A stretch of 64,000 nucleotides of DNA from an uncultured Bacilli bacterium (GTDB lineage Bacteria > Bacillota_I > Bacilli_A > RFN20 > CAG-449). A program made the translations under genes and the position numbers. The stretch lies in the NCBI GenBank assembly GCA_947627505.1, contig CANQWG010000002.1:17444-81443 (forward strand), read 5' to 3'. Within the stretch, counting starts at the first letter, position 1, and every line of letters starts with the position of its first letter. This document shows positions 46,722-57,374 of the stretch, piece by piece. The notes beneath the pieces are model-generated. The model did no database searches and was not told where the DNA came from. It saw only the letters and a list, made by a program, of their open reading frames with translations.

Positions 46722-47459
46722 CTACTTATTTTTTATAAACTGCGGCATCGGCAGCACCTTGTGTAAATTTTTTCGATGCATGGTATCGATTTTTTCTTTA
46801 ATAAGCGGATCGTCGATTTCACCGGTTTCGATATATCGATCAAGAACGGCATAGGTAAATCCTAAATTATCTTCATCAGTTTTACCTGATAATCCGTCTT
46901 CTGGAATTTTTTCGATAAATTTTTCCGGAAGTTTCAATTGTCGTCCTAGCGCTTTTACTTCACTGACTAAAAGATCGCTAATGGGACTAAAATCGCCGGC
47001 GCTATCACCGAATTTTGTCGAATAGCCGATATAATCTTCAGATTTATTGCAGGTGTTAACCACTAATCCATGGTAGATGGCCGAAACTCCGTATAAGACT
47101 GTCATTCTTATTCGTGCCGGAGTATTGGAATAATAGACTTTGTTAGTGCGTAGTTCTTCTTTGGAAATTCCGGCATTGGATAAAGCCGTGACGACTGCTT
47201 CACATGTTTCGCCGATATTAACCTCAAGATGTCGAATTCCTAAATATTCTACTAAATCATATGACATTTGAATATCGTGTTGCGAACCTTGCGGCATTAA
47301 AACTCCGATTACTCTTTCTTTACCCAATGCTTCCACCAGCAAAGCGGCACAAACCGAACTATCTTTGCCGCCGGAAATTCCGATTATCGCATTGAGGTCT
47401 TTCCCATTTTGATTGAAATAATCTTGAATCCACAAAACAATTTGTTCTTTGATGTTCAT
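46722..47459 (-). CDS. nadE: NH3-dependent NAD+ synthetase
   Basis: PP-loop SGGxDS (GISGGKDSS); 245 aa. Confidence 0.85.
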   Translation of the reverse strand: MNIKEQIVLWIQDYFNQNGKDLNAIIGISGGKDSSVCAALLVEALGKERVIGVLMPQGSQHDIQMSYDLVEYLGIRHLEVNIGETCEAVVTALSNAGISKEELRTNKVYYSNTPARIRMTVLYGVSAIYHGLVVNTCNKSEDYIGYSTKFGDSAGDFSPISDLLVSEVKALGRQLKLPEKFIEKIPEDGLSGKTDEDNLGFTYAVLDRYIETGEIDDPLIKEKIDTMHRKNLHKVLPMPQFIKNK

Positions 47460-47503
47460 ATTTTTCCTTTCATTAATTCGTTAGAGGTCATTTGGCGAAT
47501 TAT

Positions 47504-49999
47504 TTATTTCAGATAAGTCAAACTATCGCCGATCTTACTTAAAGTACCGGTAGAAGCGTTTTCTAAAACGTAAATTCTAGCGTTTCCTTTAGAGATTGAA
47601 TCACTAGTTAAAGTTCCACTTGTCACGTTCACTCTTTGCCCGGTGATTAAATCGACGTAAGTGCCGTTTGGAAGGCCGCGGAACGTGGCTCCGCTTGAAA
47701 TCGTAACACATGCCAATGAATCGATATTGCCTTCGGTGTAACGACGAATGAAGGCCATATTTCCGCTAACATTACTAGTGGTATATTGACCGCGTCTTAA
47801 CGCCGGCACCGCTTGTCGAATGCGATTTAATTTTTGTAAATGCTTTGAAAGCGTGGAATTTAAAGTTTGATTGACTTTTCCATCCGCGGTATAAATGCCA
47901 AAATCAGAAGCTTTGACGTTTCCGGTGAGGTTATCACCATAATAAGCTCTTCCCGTTTCGGCTAAAGGTACTTCGGTTCCCTTATCGATAGGTTTATTCT
48001 TTTGGAATTCGATTTCACTTCCATAATAGATGCAAGGAACGCCTCTGAATGTGAACATCAACGACATATTTTCAGCCCAAGCATCGGTACCACCATTGAA
48101 TCTCACAAATTGACAATCATCTGGTGAATAATCGTGAGAATCAACGTAAACGACGTTATAAGTCGCATCTTCATAATATTGATCATTTTCTGTGGCGACA
48201 TTGAACGCATCTTGTGCTTTGTAAAAATTCCAGTGCATCGGGAAATCGATAACTCCACTACCGCTTGCGTTAGTATGATCGGGTTTATGGTAATTTAAAC
48301 CGCTTAACTTTGCGTTAGTCGAAGTTCTTTGACCACTTGAGGTGGAATTGTCGTTATATGCCAATTCAATACTATTTAAATTGGTGACTTTATCGCCCCA
48401 AGGATATTCTTTATTCTCCTTCCAAGTATAGAAAGGCGCGCTTAAAGCCGGAATTCCGTGATTCCAAATTTCACGGACTCTCGCACAAACTTCGCCAAAC
48501 ATAAAGAAATTATTGTTGCCGCAACGTTTAGCGAATTCGTAAAGTCCCGGAATAATATAATTGTTAAGCGTCAATCTTGAGATATGTTTCATCGTATCGA
48601 CACGGAAATAATCGACGCCGAGACGAATGAAATCGCCATAACATTTAACAAGATATTGAGCGACAATCGGGTTTTCGGTATTTAAATCAACACAGTCTCC
48701 GGCGATTTGCGCCACTTGTTCTCCAAATGATTCCCAGGAGAAATTACCATAGTGATGGTAAATATCATTGGGATCGGAACCATCATTTCTGATGTTCTTC
48801 ATATTGTTAATTCTTGCATCGTATTGTTGTCCGCCATCTAATGAGAAATAATTTTCCGGCAAGCCAGAATTTTCAAGCATCGACAAGCAGTTAGAAGTAG
48901 AAAGATCGCCTTTCTTTTCAAACATCGGGAATAAATTCTTTTCACCGAAATTGCCGGTGTGATTGAAGACAACGTCGAGCACTAATTTCATGTCGCGTTT
49001 ATGAACTTCTTCAATCAAAGTTTCAAAGGAAACGTCTTCCGATTCATAACGTTCATCGACTTTTGATAAATCTAAAGCATGGTAGCCATGATAATCATAT
49101 CCGGAGCAATTTTCAACCACCGGGGTAATCCACACAGCCGTGAAACCTAAAGCCTTGATATAATCGAGTTTTTGAATTAAGCCTTTGAAATCTCCGCGCC
49201 ATGCTGGATCTGAAGAAGCATCTTTACCATCCCAACAAGCGACGTTATTTGAAGGATCGCCATCGTAAAAGCGCGTAGTGATTGCAAAATAAATCGATTC
49301 ATCGCGGAAATCGGTTCTTTGTCCTTGATATGGATGTAAAACTTTGAAATAATCGTCGCCTAATTCATTCCACATCGGAAAATCTTTATAACTTTTAGCT
49401 TCAAAGGGGCTAATCGGCTTTTGACTTCCGCCACCGCCGACTTGATTATTAAATTCACCACCGTAAACATCAGAGTGACTCCAATTGCTGTTATTAAACC
49501 AATGGTATCCGACACCGCTTACTTCTAAATCTCTAGTTTGATTACCGGTTTTATTAAAAATAAGATTAACCGAAGTTAAACCTTCATCAAAATCGTAATA
49601 ATCCCAATCGTTATCGTAACTTTTTAACGGCGTTACGGGCCATTGTCCGAAATATTCAACGGTAGCGCCATTGATTTTATTCCAAGCGTAAATGTTGCTC
49701 CACCCTTTTTTGACTAAAACTCTAATATTATTGATCGCCGGCAAAATCTCACCTTTTGGTGTACTTGAAGCACTAGAAGAAGCCGAAGAGGCACTTGAAG
49801 TAGGGGTACCATTGTCATTAGAAGAATTGGCATTACCACTCGATGAATTTTCATCAGTTGCCGAAACTTCGCTAGTAACATCTTGAGTAGAAGCAGAACC
49901 TTCATTAGAAGTTTCATTACTATTATGTTGCGGATTTGCACCACATGATGTCATACTCAATAACATCGTCATTGATAACAATAATAATTTCTTTTTCAT
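47504..49999 (-). CDS. GH13 alpha-amylase-family lipoprotein with an N-terminal Ser/Thr-rich linker
   Basis: Lipobox LSMTSC. GH13 region I DVVFNH and region II DYFRVDTMKH. 831 aa. Confidence 0.8.
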   Translation of the reverse strand: MKKKLLLLSMTMLLSMTSCGANPQHNSNETSNEGSASTQDVTSEVSATDENSSSGNANSSNDNGTPTSSASSASSSASSTPKGEILPAINNIRVLVKKGWSNIYAWNKINGATVEYFGQWPVTPLKSYDNDWDYYDFDEGLTSVNLIFNKTGNQTRDLEVSGVGYHWFNNSNWSHSDVYGGEFNNQVGGGGSQKPISPFEAKSYKDFPMWNELGDDYFKVLHPYQGQRTDFRDESIYFAITTRFYDGDPSNNVACWDGKDASSDPAWRGDFKGLIQKLDYIKALGFTAVWITPVVENCSGYDYHGYHALDLSKVDERYESEDVSFETLIEEVHKRDMKLVLDVVFNHTGNFGEKNLFPMFEKKGDLSTSNCLSMLENSGLPENYFSLDGGQQYDARINNMKNIRNDGSDPNDIYHHYGNFSWESFGEQVAQIAGDCVDLNTENPIVAQYLVKCYGDFIRLGVDYFRVDTMKHISRLTLNNYIIPGLYEFAKRCGNNNFFMFGEVCARVREIWNHGIPALSAPFYTWKENKEYPWGDKVTNLNSIELAYNDNSTSSGQRTSTNAKLSGLNYHKPDHTNASGSGVIDFPMHWNFYKAQDAFNVATENDQYYEDATYNVVYVDSHDYSPDDCQFVRFNGGTDAWAENMSLMFTFRGVPCIYYGSEIEFQKNKPIDKGTEVPLAETGRAYYGDNLTGNVKASDFGIYTADGKVNQTLNSTLSKHLQKLNRIRQAVPALRRGQYTTSNVSGNMAFIRRYTEGNIDSLACVTISSGATFRGLPNGTYVDLITGQRVNVTSGTLTSDSISKGNARIYVLENASTGTLSKIGDSLTYLK

Positions 50000-50133
50000 A
50001 AACGTCCTTTCATCCTTTAACTGAAATTAGTATACAAAAAATTTAAAAATTATGAAAGCGTTTTATAATATATAAAATTTTACTCCATGTCACTCTTTGG
50101 GCCATTTAATCATATACATTTATTGGTGATGAT

Positions 50134-50331
50134 ATGAAAGATTTTTTCGATAAAGTCAAAATGCAATTTCCGATTTGGAAAGACAAATTTTTAAGTTCGA
50201 TTGGTATAATTTTAGTTTATCAAGCATTTTTATTTTTAATTTCCCCTAATTTTACCAATCAGATTTTACTGGTGATCATCATTCTGATTTTTGCTTTTCA
50301 GCAGATGTCAAAGCCAAAAGTTTCGTCGTGA
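50134..50331 (+). CDS. possible small 2-TM membrane protein (65 aa)
   Basis: ATG with GGTGAT 5 nt upstream, and a hydrophobic sequence. Its 3' end overlaps the convergent ysxE-like gene. Confidence 0.25.
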   Translation: MKDFFDKVKMQFPIWKDKFLSSIGIILVYQAFLFLISPNFTNQILLVIIILIFAFQQMSKPKVSS

Positions 50332-51217
50332 GATCTTCGACTAAGCGTAAGTGATTTAAAGCTTGAGTGAGGTTTTCAATATCGTCGATATCTTCGCGCA
50401 TTCGAGTGATTTTAGGAATGAACAAATACGCCAGTAACCATTCCACCTCATAAGGAGCCAAAGAGTATATCGAAAGATATTCTTTTAACAAGAACGATAT
50501 TTCAAATTTCAATTCATAACTGACATCAACCAAATTGATTAAATCGTATATTGCCGGTGCTAATGCCATTTTATCAAGTGAAACAATTTTTTGTTGTTTT
50601 ACTAAAATGTGAGAAAAATCAAAATTTTGATATGTCAAACAAAGGTGGAGACTATCGCTGTTGTTCCATTCGCTTTCCAAATTGACCACGCGACGTTCTG
50701 CCTCCTTGATTGCCTTCATCAAATGATCGTAATTCATCATAAAGAACCAATCCGCGGGCGAATGATAATCCATCCTTTCGACCCGTTCAATACGCGCTAA
50801 AAGCGCATTTTTTACTTCGGCGATTTTATTGTCGAGATAATTTAACGATTCTTCTAAATAACCATCGTTGATTTTAATATTATAAATCGTCTTTTGATGA
50901 AGGTTAGCAATCGCTTTAATATAAAACGAGAGACGGACATCTTTAGCTAAAGTATTTTCATCTTTTAAGTATATCGAAAGTGAAAAATACTTTTCTTCAA
51001 AATATTCAATATACCGATCATTAATTGATTTTAACGGCAATAAAAAAGTATCGATACGCAACATTGAAAGACGCCCAAAGATGTTTTCTAGCGCTTGGTC
51101 ATCGTGAAATTTTAAAATATACGTATCATTTTCACCGACTAATTTTTTGGCTTTATTTGAGATCGTAATGATGGAATTTATTTTTATTTTATATAACTCT
51201 TCAATGCGTGTTTTCAT
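50279..51217 (-). CDS. ysxE: CotS/YsxE-family spore coat protein (aminoglycoside phosphotransferase-like fold)
   Basis: Kinase-like fold signatures. Located immediately downstream of the spoVID-like gene, as ysxE is in B. subtilis. Confidence 0.55.
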   Translation of the reverse strand: MKTRIEELYKIKINSIITISNKAKKLVGENDTYILKFHDDQALENIFGRLSMLRIDTFLLPLKSINDRYIEYFEEKYFSLSIYLKDENTLAKDVRLSFYIKAIANLHQKTIYNIKINDGYLEESLNYLDNKIAEVKNALLARIERVERMDYHSPADWFFMMNYDHLMKAIKEAERRVVNLESEWNNSDSLHLCLTYQNFDFSHILVKQQKIVSLDKMALAPAIYDLINLVDVSYELKFEISFLLKEYLSIYSLAPYEVEWLLAYLFIPKITRMREDIDDIENLTQALNHLRLVEDLTTKLLALTSAEKQKSE

Positions 51218-52203
51218 TTTCGCGGTAACTCTAAAAGTTCATCGGAACGAATTTCTTTATGGGGATTCAAACGTTTTATTTCAAGCGGTTCTAGATTAAA
51301 AGTTTCGGCGATTGATTCTAAAGTATCTCCGTTTTTAACTCGATAAAAAATATAAGAAGATCGATACGTCTCTTTAAAGCTTAACCGATTTCGATCCTTC
51401 TTTTCTGAATCACCATTTTTTTTCGGTTCGATGGGTGCCATTTCTTTTTCTTCGTGACTTGGTTCTTCATTTGCAATGTCACTTTTATCTTCGCTTTCAT
51501 TGATAATCGGAACTTGTTCCATCATCTCATCTAGCGATTCTTTAGTGTCTTCTTCGATCGTGGTTGGAATTTTCATCGAACCATCTTCCTCTTTTTCGGT
51601 ATCATGATATTTAATCATCGATTCTTCCAGTTCGATTATTTCGTCATCTTCATTGAATTCATTAGCAAAATAGCTCTTTAAATCTTCGTCTTCAAGCGAA
51701 GAGAACACCTCTACTTGCTGATTGTCGCCACTTGCAATCATCGTCTCTATCGTGTCTAAAAAGTTTTTATCAAATGTCTTTCGATGACCTTTCCGCGTAA
51801 TTTTGGGAAAATCCAAAATCTGCTCAACTAACAGTTCATTAAACATTTGATCTTGACTCGGTTCAAATTTTTCAAAATCATCTTGGTCTCCGACAAGATG
51901 ACACTTTATCTTAAACACCACTTCATGTTCGTTTGAAGAATAGCTTAAATCGTCAACCATCAAAGAAAGATCTTTCATTTGATCGATTTTATTAAGGGGT
52001 ACAAAAATGTCGACCGGTACTTTCTTATCAAATTCTTTATTTTCTTCATCATAACAAAAAAGACCATTTAAAATTATTTCTCCGGTAATTTTAACTCCGT
52101 CACCTTCTTTTTGATATTTAAACGAATTATCGCACTTTAAATCCTTGATGGCTTTTAAATCCCGCTTCAAATAGATCCGATCTTCCAAGACAAATGGTTG
52201 CAT
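51214..52203 (-). CDS. spoVID: SpoVID-like spore coat morphogenetic protein with a C-terminal LysM
   Basis: N-terminal domain, acidic middle region, and a C-terminal LysM (YRVKNGDTLESIAETFNL). Synteny with engB, lon and tig. Confidence 0.55.
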   Translation of the reverse strand: MQPFVLEDRIYLKRDLKAIKDLKCDNSFKYQKEGDGVKITGEIILNGLFCYDEENKEFDKKVPVDIFVPLNKIDQMKDLSLMVDDLSYSSNEHEVVFKIKCHLVGDQDDFEKFEPSQDQMFNELLVEQILDFPKITRKGHRKTFDKNFLDTIETMIASGDNQQVEVFSSLEDEDLKSYFANEFNEDDEIIELEESMIKYHDTEKEEDGSMKIPTTIEEDTKESLDEMMEQVPIINESEDKSDIANEEPSHEEKEMAPIEPKKNGDSEKKDRNRLSFKETYRSSYIFYRVKNGDTLESIAETFNLEPLEIKRLNPHKEIRSDELLELPRK

Positions 52204-52284
52204 AATGAAACCTCCGTATTCAATAAATCATACGTTTTTTTTTAATTTATTATTACAAAAAAGGTGTGTTTTATATCACACCTT

Positions 52285-52854
52285 TTATAGCATCGCATCA
52301 CTGATACGTTTTTGTAATTCTTCGATTCCTTGTTTTTTTAAAGAAGAGACCATAATATAGTCTGAAGTTTCAAAAAGATTTTCGATGGTCCGTTTAATTT
52401 TAAAACGTTCCGATTGATTGAGTTTATCGCACTTAGTCAAAACGATTAAAGCCGGGACTTTCAGTTCACTTAGATATTCGAAAAAATTGCAATCATCGTC
52501 ACTCGGTTCGTGTCTTGAATCTAATAACCATACCACGAGTTTTAAGCGATGATTATGTTCGAAATACTGGCTCATCATCTCATCAAATTGATCTTTTTTA
52601 CCGAGTTTTCGATAACCATAACCTGGAGCATCTACAAGATAAAATCTTTCATCGATTAAGAAGTGATTTAATAGTTTTGTATGACCTGGCGTTTTTGAGA
52701 CATAAGCTAATCCCTTATTGTCACATAATGCGTTGAGTAAACTCGACTTTCCAACATTAGATTTTCCAACAAAAAGGACATGATCGTAGTCGTAAAGAAC
52801 ATCATCTTTATCATAGGCAGATTTTACAAATTTTGCTTTTCGAAAGTTGATCAT
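52285..52854 (-). CDS. engB: ribosome biogenesis GTPase EngB/YsxC
   Basis: G1 GKSNVGKSS, G3 DAPG and G4 TKCD motifs. I place the start at the internal ATG (MINFRKAKF). Confidence 0.85.
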   Translation of the reverse strand: MINFRKAKFVKSAYDKDDVLYDYDHVLFVGKSNVGKSSLLNALCDNKGLAYVSKTPGHTKLLNHFLIDERFYLVDAPGYGYRKLGKKDQFDEMMSQYFEHNHRLKLVVWLLDSRHEPSDDDCNFFEYLSELKVPALIVLTKCDKLNQSERFKIKRTIENLFETSDYIMVSSLKKQGIEELQKRISDAML

Positions 52855-52855
52855 T

Positions 52856-55195
52856 TTATTTAACAAAGGCTTCTTTAACCGCCATATCGACATTGTCCAT
52901 CAAGACAATTTTAAGATTCTCTTTCACTTCACGTGGCAAGTCTTGAAGGTTACGTTCGTTTTCTCTTGGAATCACGACGGTTTTGATACCGCTTCTTAAG
53001 GCCGCTAAAGTTTTCTCTTTTAAGCCACCGATCGGTAAAGCCGCTCCACGCAAATTCACTTCACCAGTCATCGCGACCACAGAACTAACGGGAGTATTGG
53101 TGATTGAAGAAATGATTGCAACCGTAAGCGCAATACCGGCAGATGGGCCGTCTTTAGGAACAGCGCCTTCAGGAACGTGAATATGAATGTCGTGACTCGT
53201 AAAGAATTCCGGATTGATTTCGTATTTTTTAGCGTTAGCCTTGACATAATCTAACGCGATAGAGGCACTTTCTTTCATCACATTACCTAAATTACCGGTA
53301 ATCACCAAATTGCCTTTTCCTTCGAAATAATTGACCTCAATAGGAAGGATGTCACCGCCGAATTCAGTATAAGCCAATCCCGTGACGACCCCGACTTGAT
53401 TCGATTTTTCTTTTTTCGAATAATCGAAAATTTCGGTACCGAGATATTGAATGACTTTCTTAATCGTCACATGAACGCTTTTAATGGTCGGGTCTTTTTT
53501 TATTTCCACGACGGCTTTGCGGCAACAAGTGGATATCGCTCTTTCAAGATTTCTAACACCGGCTTCGCGGGTATAAAAATCAATGATATAACTCAAAGCC
53601 TTATCATCAAATTTAATCTGCGATTTTGTCAAGCCGTTAGCCTTAATTTGTTTAGCCACTAAATGGCGTTTGGCGATATTGAGTTTTTCAAAATTAGTAT
53701 ATGAATTCAATTCGATAAGTTCAAGACGATCGCGAAGCGGAGCCGGAATATTTTGTAAATAATTCGCGGTTGCGATGAATAAAACATTCGAAAGATCGAA
53801 AGTCTCTTCGATATAATTATCTTGGAACAAGATGTTCTGTTCGGGGTCAAGAACCTCAAGCAAAGCGCTTGCCGGATCGCCTTTATACGAAGAAGCAACT
53901 TTGTCAACTTCATCCAATAAGAACACCGGATTGTTGACATTGGCATTCTTGATACCTTTGATGATTTTTCCAGGCATAGCTCCGACATAAGTACGTCTAT
54001 GTCCGCGAATTTCGGCTTCATCTGAAACGCCACCTAAAGAGCATTTGACAAATTTTCGTTCCAAAGCTCTAGCCACCGATTTAGCTAATGAAGTCTTACC
54101 GACACCCGGGGGACCATAGAGACAAAGAATCGGAGCTTTTAAAGAATTGGTCATCGATTTAACCGCGATATATTCAACGATTCGCTCTTTGACTTTTTCA
54201 AGTCCATAATGATCTTCATCAAGGACCCTTTGGACATTTTCCAAAGAATCATTATCGACTGTCTGTTGATACCATGGTAAGTTGACTAGCCAATCGATAT
54301 ACGTTTTTTCCATCGAAGCTTCAAGCGACGATTGAGGCATCGTCTCATATCGTTTTAATTCGCTTCTAATTTTCTTTTTGACATGTTCCGGATACGGATT
54401 ATTTTCAATTTTATCTAAAATCGAAGTTTCATCATCTTCATCATTGGTACCATTTAATTCATTCAATTCTTCTTGAATGGCCCGCATTTTTTCGCGTAAG
54501 AAATATTCTTGTTGATTTTTTTCTGCTTTATCGCGGACTTTTCGTGTCAGCTTATTTTCAATTTCCAAGCGTTGCACTTCACTATGCACAATCTCGTAAA
54601 TTTTTTCCAAGCGTTCTTTGACACTTCTTTCTTCAAGCAGTTGTTGTTTGGTGGTAGTATCGATATCAAGGGTCATCGCCAATTGATCACAAAGGGTTCC
54701 AGCATTGATTCCGACTTTAAATTGTTGCACAAAATTTTTCGGAAGTTTAATCCATTCCGTAATTCGCATTAATTCATCAACTAATCGCATCATCAATTTT
54801 TCTTCGCTTTTTGGATTGGCGGGAATTTCAACGATTTCACTAGCATCTGCGGTAAAAACATTGTTTTCATCATTTGGATAAAGGTGCAAAACATTCGACA
54901 AGTAAACTCTTTTAATACCCGTAAGGCGGACTTTATAAGCATTTTTGTTCTTTTTCGATGTATCAAAAGAGTCGATGTTGCATAAAGTTCCTACGTGAAA
55001 AAAATCATACGCTTCCGGTTGTTCAATATCGGAATCAATCTGCGTGACGACGGCGATTTTACCTTCATGTTGCTTCAAACTTTCATTGATAGCATTTAAA
55101 GAAAAGTCTCTCCCGACTTCAATATCGATAGTGACACTCGGGAAGAGAACTAACTCTTTAGTGATTAAGATTGTAAAATTTGTAGTTTCGTTCAT
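52856..55195 (-). CDS. lon: ATP-dependent Lon protease
   Basis: LAN domain, AAA+ Walker A GPPGVGKTS, and a proteolytic domain with the catalytic Ser region (PKDGPSAG). Confidence 0.95.
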   Translation of the reverse strand: MNETTNFTILITKELVLFPSVTIDIEVGRDFSLNAINESLKQHEGKIAVVTQIDSDIEQPEAYDFFHVGTLCNIDSFDTSKKNKNAYKVRLTGIKRVYLSNVLHLYPNDENNVFTADASEIVEIPANPKSEEKLMMRLVDELMRITEWIKLPKNFVQQFKVGINAGTLCDQLAMTLDIDTTTKQQLLEERSVKERLEKIYEIVHSEVQRLEIENKLTRKVRDKAEKNQQEYFLREKMRAIQEELNELNGTNDEDDETSILDKIENNPYPEHVKKKIRSELKRYETMPQSSLEASMEKTYIDWLVNLPWYQQTVDNDSLENVQRVLDEDHYGLEKVKERIVEYIAVKSMTNSLKAPILCLYGPPGVGKTSLAKSVARALERKFVKCSLGGVSDEAEIRGHRRTYVGAMPGKIIKGIKNANVNNPVFLLDEVDKVASSYKGDPASALLEVLDPEQNILFQDNYIEETFDLSNVLFIATANYLQNIPAPLRDRLELIELNSYTNFEKLNIAKRHLVAKQIKANGLTKSQIKFDDKALSYIIDFYTREAGVRNLERAISTCCRKAVVEIKKDPTIKSVHVTIKKVIQYLGTEIFDYSKKEKSNQVGVVTGLAYTEFGGDILPIEVNYFEGKGNLVITGNLGNVMKESASIALDYVKANAKKYEINPEFFTSHDIHIHVPEGAVPKDGPSAGIALTVAIISSITNTPVSSVVAMTGEVNLRGAALPIGGLKEKTLAALRSGIKTVVIPRENERNLQDLPREVKENLKIVLMDNVDMAVKEAFVK

Positions 55196-55233
55196 ATATT
55201 ACCTCCTCACTAGACGGGTATATATGGATTCGT

Positions 55234-56508
55234 CTAGTCGTTATTCTTTTCTAAAAATTCGGTAAATAATCTAGTGCGTAATTGTCTTTCGAATTGATCT
55301 TTTTGTGGCTCTAAAGCATCTTTAACCTTTTCGACTTCCATGCCATAAAGAGCACCGAGATTTTCGTATTCTTTTTCTAACAATTCATCAGTAACCGCGA
55401 TATTTTCGCGTTTGCAAATCTCTTCGACAACAAGTAGCACTTTAAGATTTTTTTCCGCTTCTTTTTTGCGTTCCTCTAAAAGTTTCTCTTCGTCAAGATT
55501 GTTAATTCTCAAATAATCGGAGAATTGAAGTCCGTTTTTCTCGACTTGTTTTTTCATATTGTCGATATTGGCCTTAGCTTCTTCTTCGATAATCTGACTA
55601 CCGATTGTCACTTTGGAAGCCTCGACAATAGTATCAAGCAATTTATCAAGATACTTTGATTTTGCTTGTTGTTCGTTCCGTTTTAAAACTTCTTGTTCAG
55701 CATGCTTTTTTAATGAATCTACAGTTTCAACGTCCTTAATTTCGAGTTCTTTGACAAAATCTTCGTTAACTTCAGGAACCACCGCTTCTTTAACATCAGA
55801 GCAAGAAACTTCAAATTTTGCCTCTTTACCAGCAAGATTTTCAACATAGTTATCTGGGAATTTGACATTAATTTCACGTGATTCTCCAGCTTTAATTCCG
55901 ACAAGGGCTTCTTCAAATCCAGGTATGAAAGCATGAGAACCTAGTTTAAGACTGTAGCCTTTGGCTTCGCCACCTTCAAAAGGAGTATCATCGACATAGC
56001 CTTTAAAATCGATTAAAACCGTGTCTCCTTCTTTGGCTTCGCCTTCTTTAACTACAAGTGTAGTATGTTCCTTTTGAAGATTTTCAATGAAAGCTTCGAC
56101 ATCTTTTTCTGTTACTTTAACTTCTTCTTTGGCAATCTTCAAGCCTTTATACTCACCTAATTCCACTTGCGGTGGTAAAGCAAAGCTCACTGTAGCGACC
56201 ATTTCGTCCGCGGAAATCTTTTCGACATTTAAAAGCGGTCTTGAAAATACCGTCAATTTTTCTTCATCGACGACTTTGACAAATTCCTTGTTAACTAATT
56301 GAAACAAGGCTTCGTGCATCACTTCTGCTTGATTGATACGTGACTTAGCAATATTTTCCGGGACATGACCTTGACGGAATCCATCGACTTTTAGTTGATC
56401 CGCTAATTTTTTAAATTCTTTGTCTTGGGCCTTTTTCCATTCTTCGCCTTTAGTTTCAAATCTAATGACGATTTCTTTGTTTTCTTTGTTTTCAACTTTC
56501 TTTTCCAT
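55234..56508 (-). CDS. tig: trigger factor
   Basis: Ribosome-binding signature GFRQGHVP, a PPIase domain, and an acidic C-terminal arm. 424 aa. Confidence 0.92.
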   Translation of the reverse strand: MEKKVENKENKEIVIRFETKGEEWKKAQDKEFKKLADQLKVDGFRQGHVPENIAKSRINQAEVMHEALFQLVNKEFVKVVDEEKLTVFSRPLLNVEKISADEMVATVSFALPPQVELGEYKGLKIAKEEVKVTEKDVEAFIENLQKEHTTLVVKEGEAKEGDTVLIDFKGYVDDTPFEGGEAKGYSLKLGSHAFIPGFEEALVGIKAGESREINVKFPDNYVENLAGKEAKFEVSCSDVKEAVVPEVNEDFVKELEIKDVETVDSLKKHAEQEVLKRNEQQAKSKYLDKLLDTIVEASKVTIGSQIIEEEAKANIDNMKKQVEKNGLQFSDYLRINNLDEEKLLEERKKEAEKNLKVLLVVEEICKRENIAVTDELLEKEYENLGALYGMEVEKVKDALEPQKDQFERQLRTRLFTEFLEKNND

Positions 56509-56892
56509 ATTGATATAATCCTCCTTAAAATATTTTCAGCAATAAAAATTATATAACCTAGTTGCCGGTTCTTCAAGCGAAATATATTTTAATAAAATAT
56601 ATTGGAGCTTTTTAGTAGAGTTTATCAAGTTTAATATCTCTTAGCAAATTATTTTACGATATTAATTTGATCTTTTAATTAATTTTTTTTTGATTCAAAT
56701 AAAAACGCATAATTAAAACAAAAAGAAAAACTTGCTTATTACAAAAAAATATTTTCGATAATTTTACTTATATGCATATAAGCAATCTATCAAAAATATT
56801 TTGTAATTTAAAATTTAGGTATTAAAAACTAAAAATGAGATTTTCTTCCGAATCGGAATTCACAATATTATTATGTTTATTTTCGTCAATGT

Positions 56893-57285
56893 TTATATTC
56901 TGTTTCTCAAACACATGCTAATAATTAATAAAACAAATGGCGCAGAAAATAAAATAAAGTATAATAATGAATTACCTAATAATTCGAAAACCGCTATAAT
57001 TCCTACCATAATGGTCAATGCAATTTGTAGGCCAATTCTATTTTTTAATTTTTGTGGCGGTACACATAGCAAACTACCAAGAATGACGATAGCGATTGAG
57101 CCTATTAAAATAATAATAGTTATAATCTTCAGCATGTCACCTAAAGATTGAATGCTTTGATCTGCTCCACTGAAGCCGACATTGATCCCTCCTAAAATAA
57201 TGATACTGCCCAAAGACAATAATGCTCCCAAAACAATCGAAAAAATTGCCGCAATTAACTCCAATGTGCGTTTTGTTTTATTCAT
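56893..57285 (-). CDS. hypothetical 4-TM membrane protein
   Basis: Hydrophobic 130-aa ORF; no family recognised. Confidence 0.4.
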   Translation of the reverse strand: MNKTKRTLELIAAIFSIVLGALLSLGSIIILGGINVGFSGADQSIQSLGDMLKIITIIILIGSIAIVILGSLLCVPPQKLKNRIGLQIALTIMVGIIAVFELLGNSLLYFILFSAPFVLLIISMCLRNRI

Positions 57286-57374
57286 AAAAATTCACCCCTT
57301 TACACACACTAATAGCATATTTGAGCCGACAATACAATTCAAATGATCTATAAAAAATGTAACTTATATTTTAG

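Noticed and set aside
56509-56892. Long 380-bp AT-rich intergenic region upstream of tig as a possible regulatory RNA
   Set aside because: It has AT-only low-complexity composition with scattered promoter-like hexamers. No conserved structured element or hairpin series was recognisable by eye.
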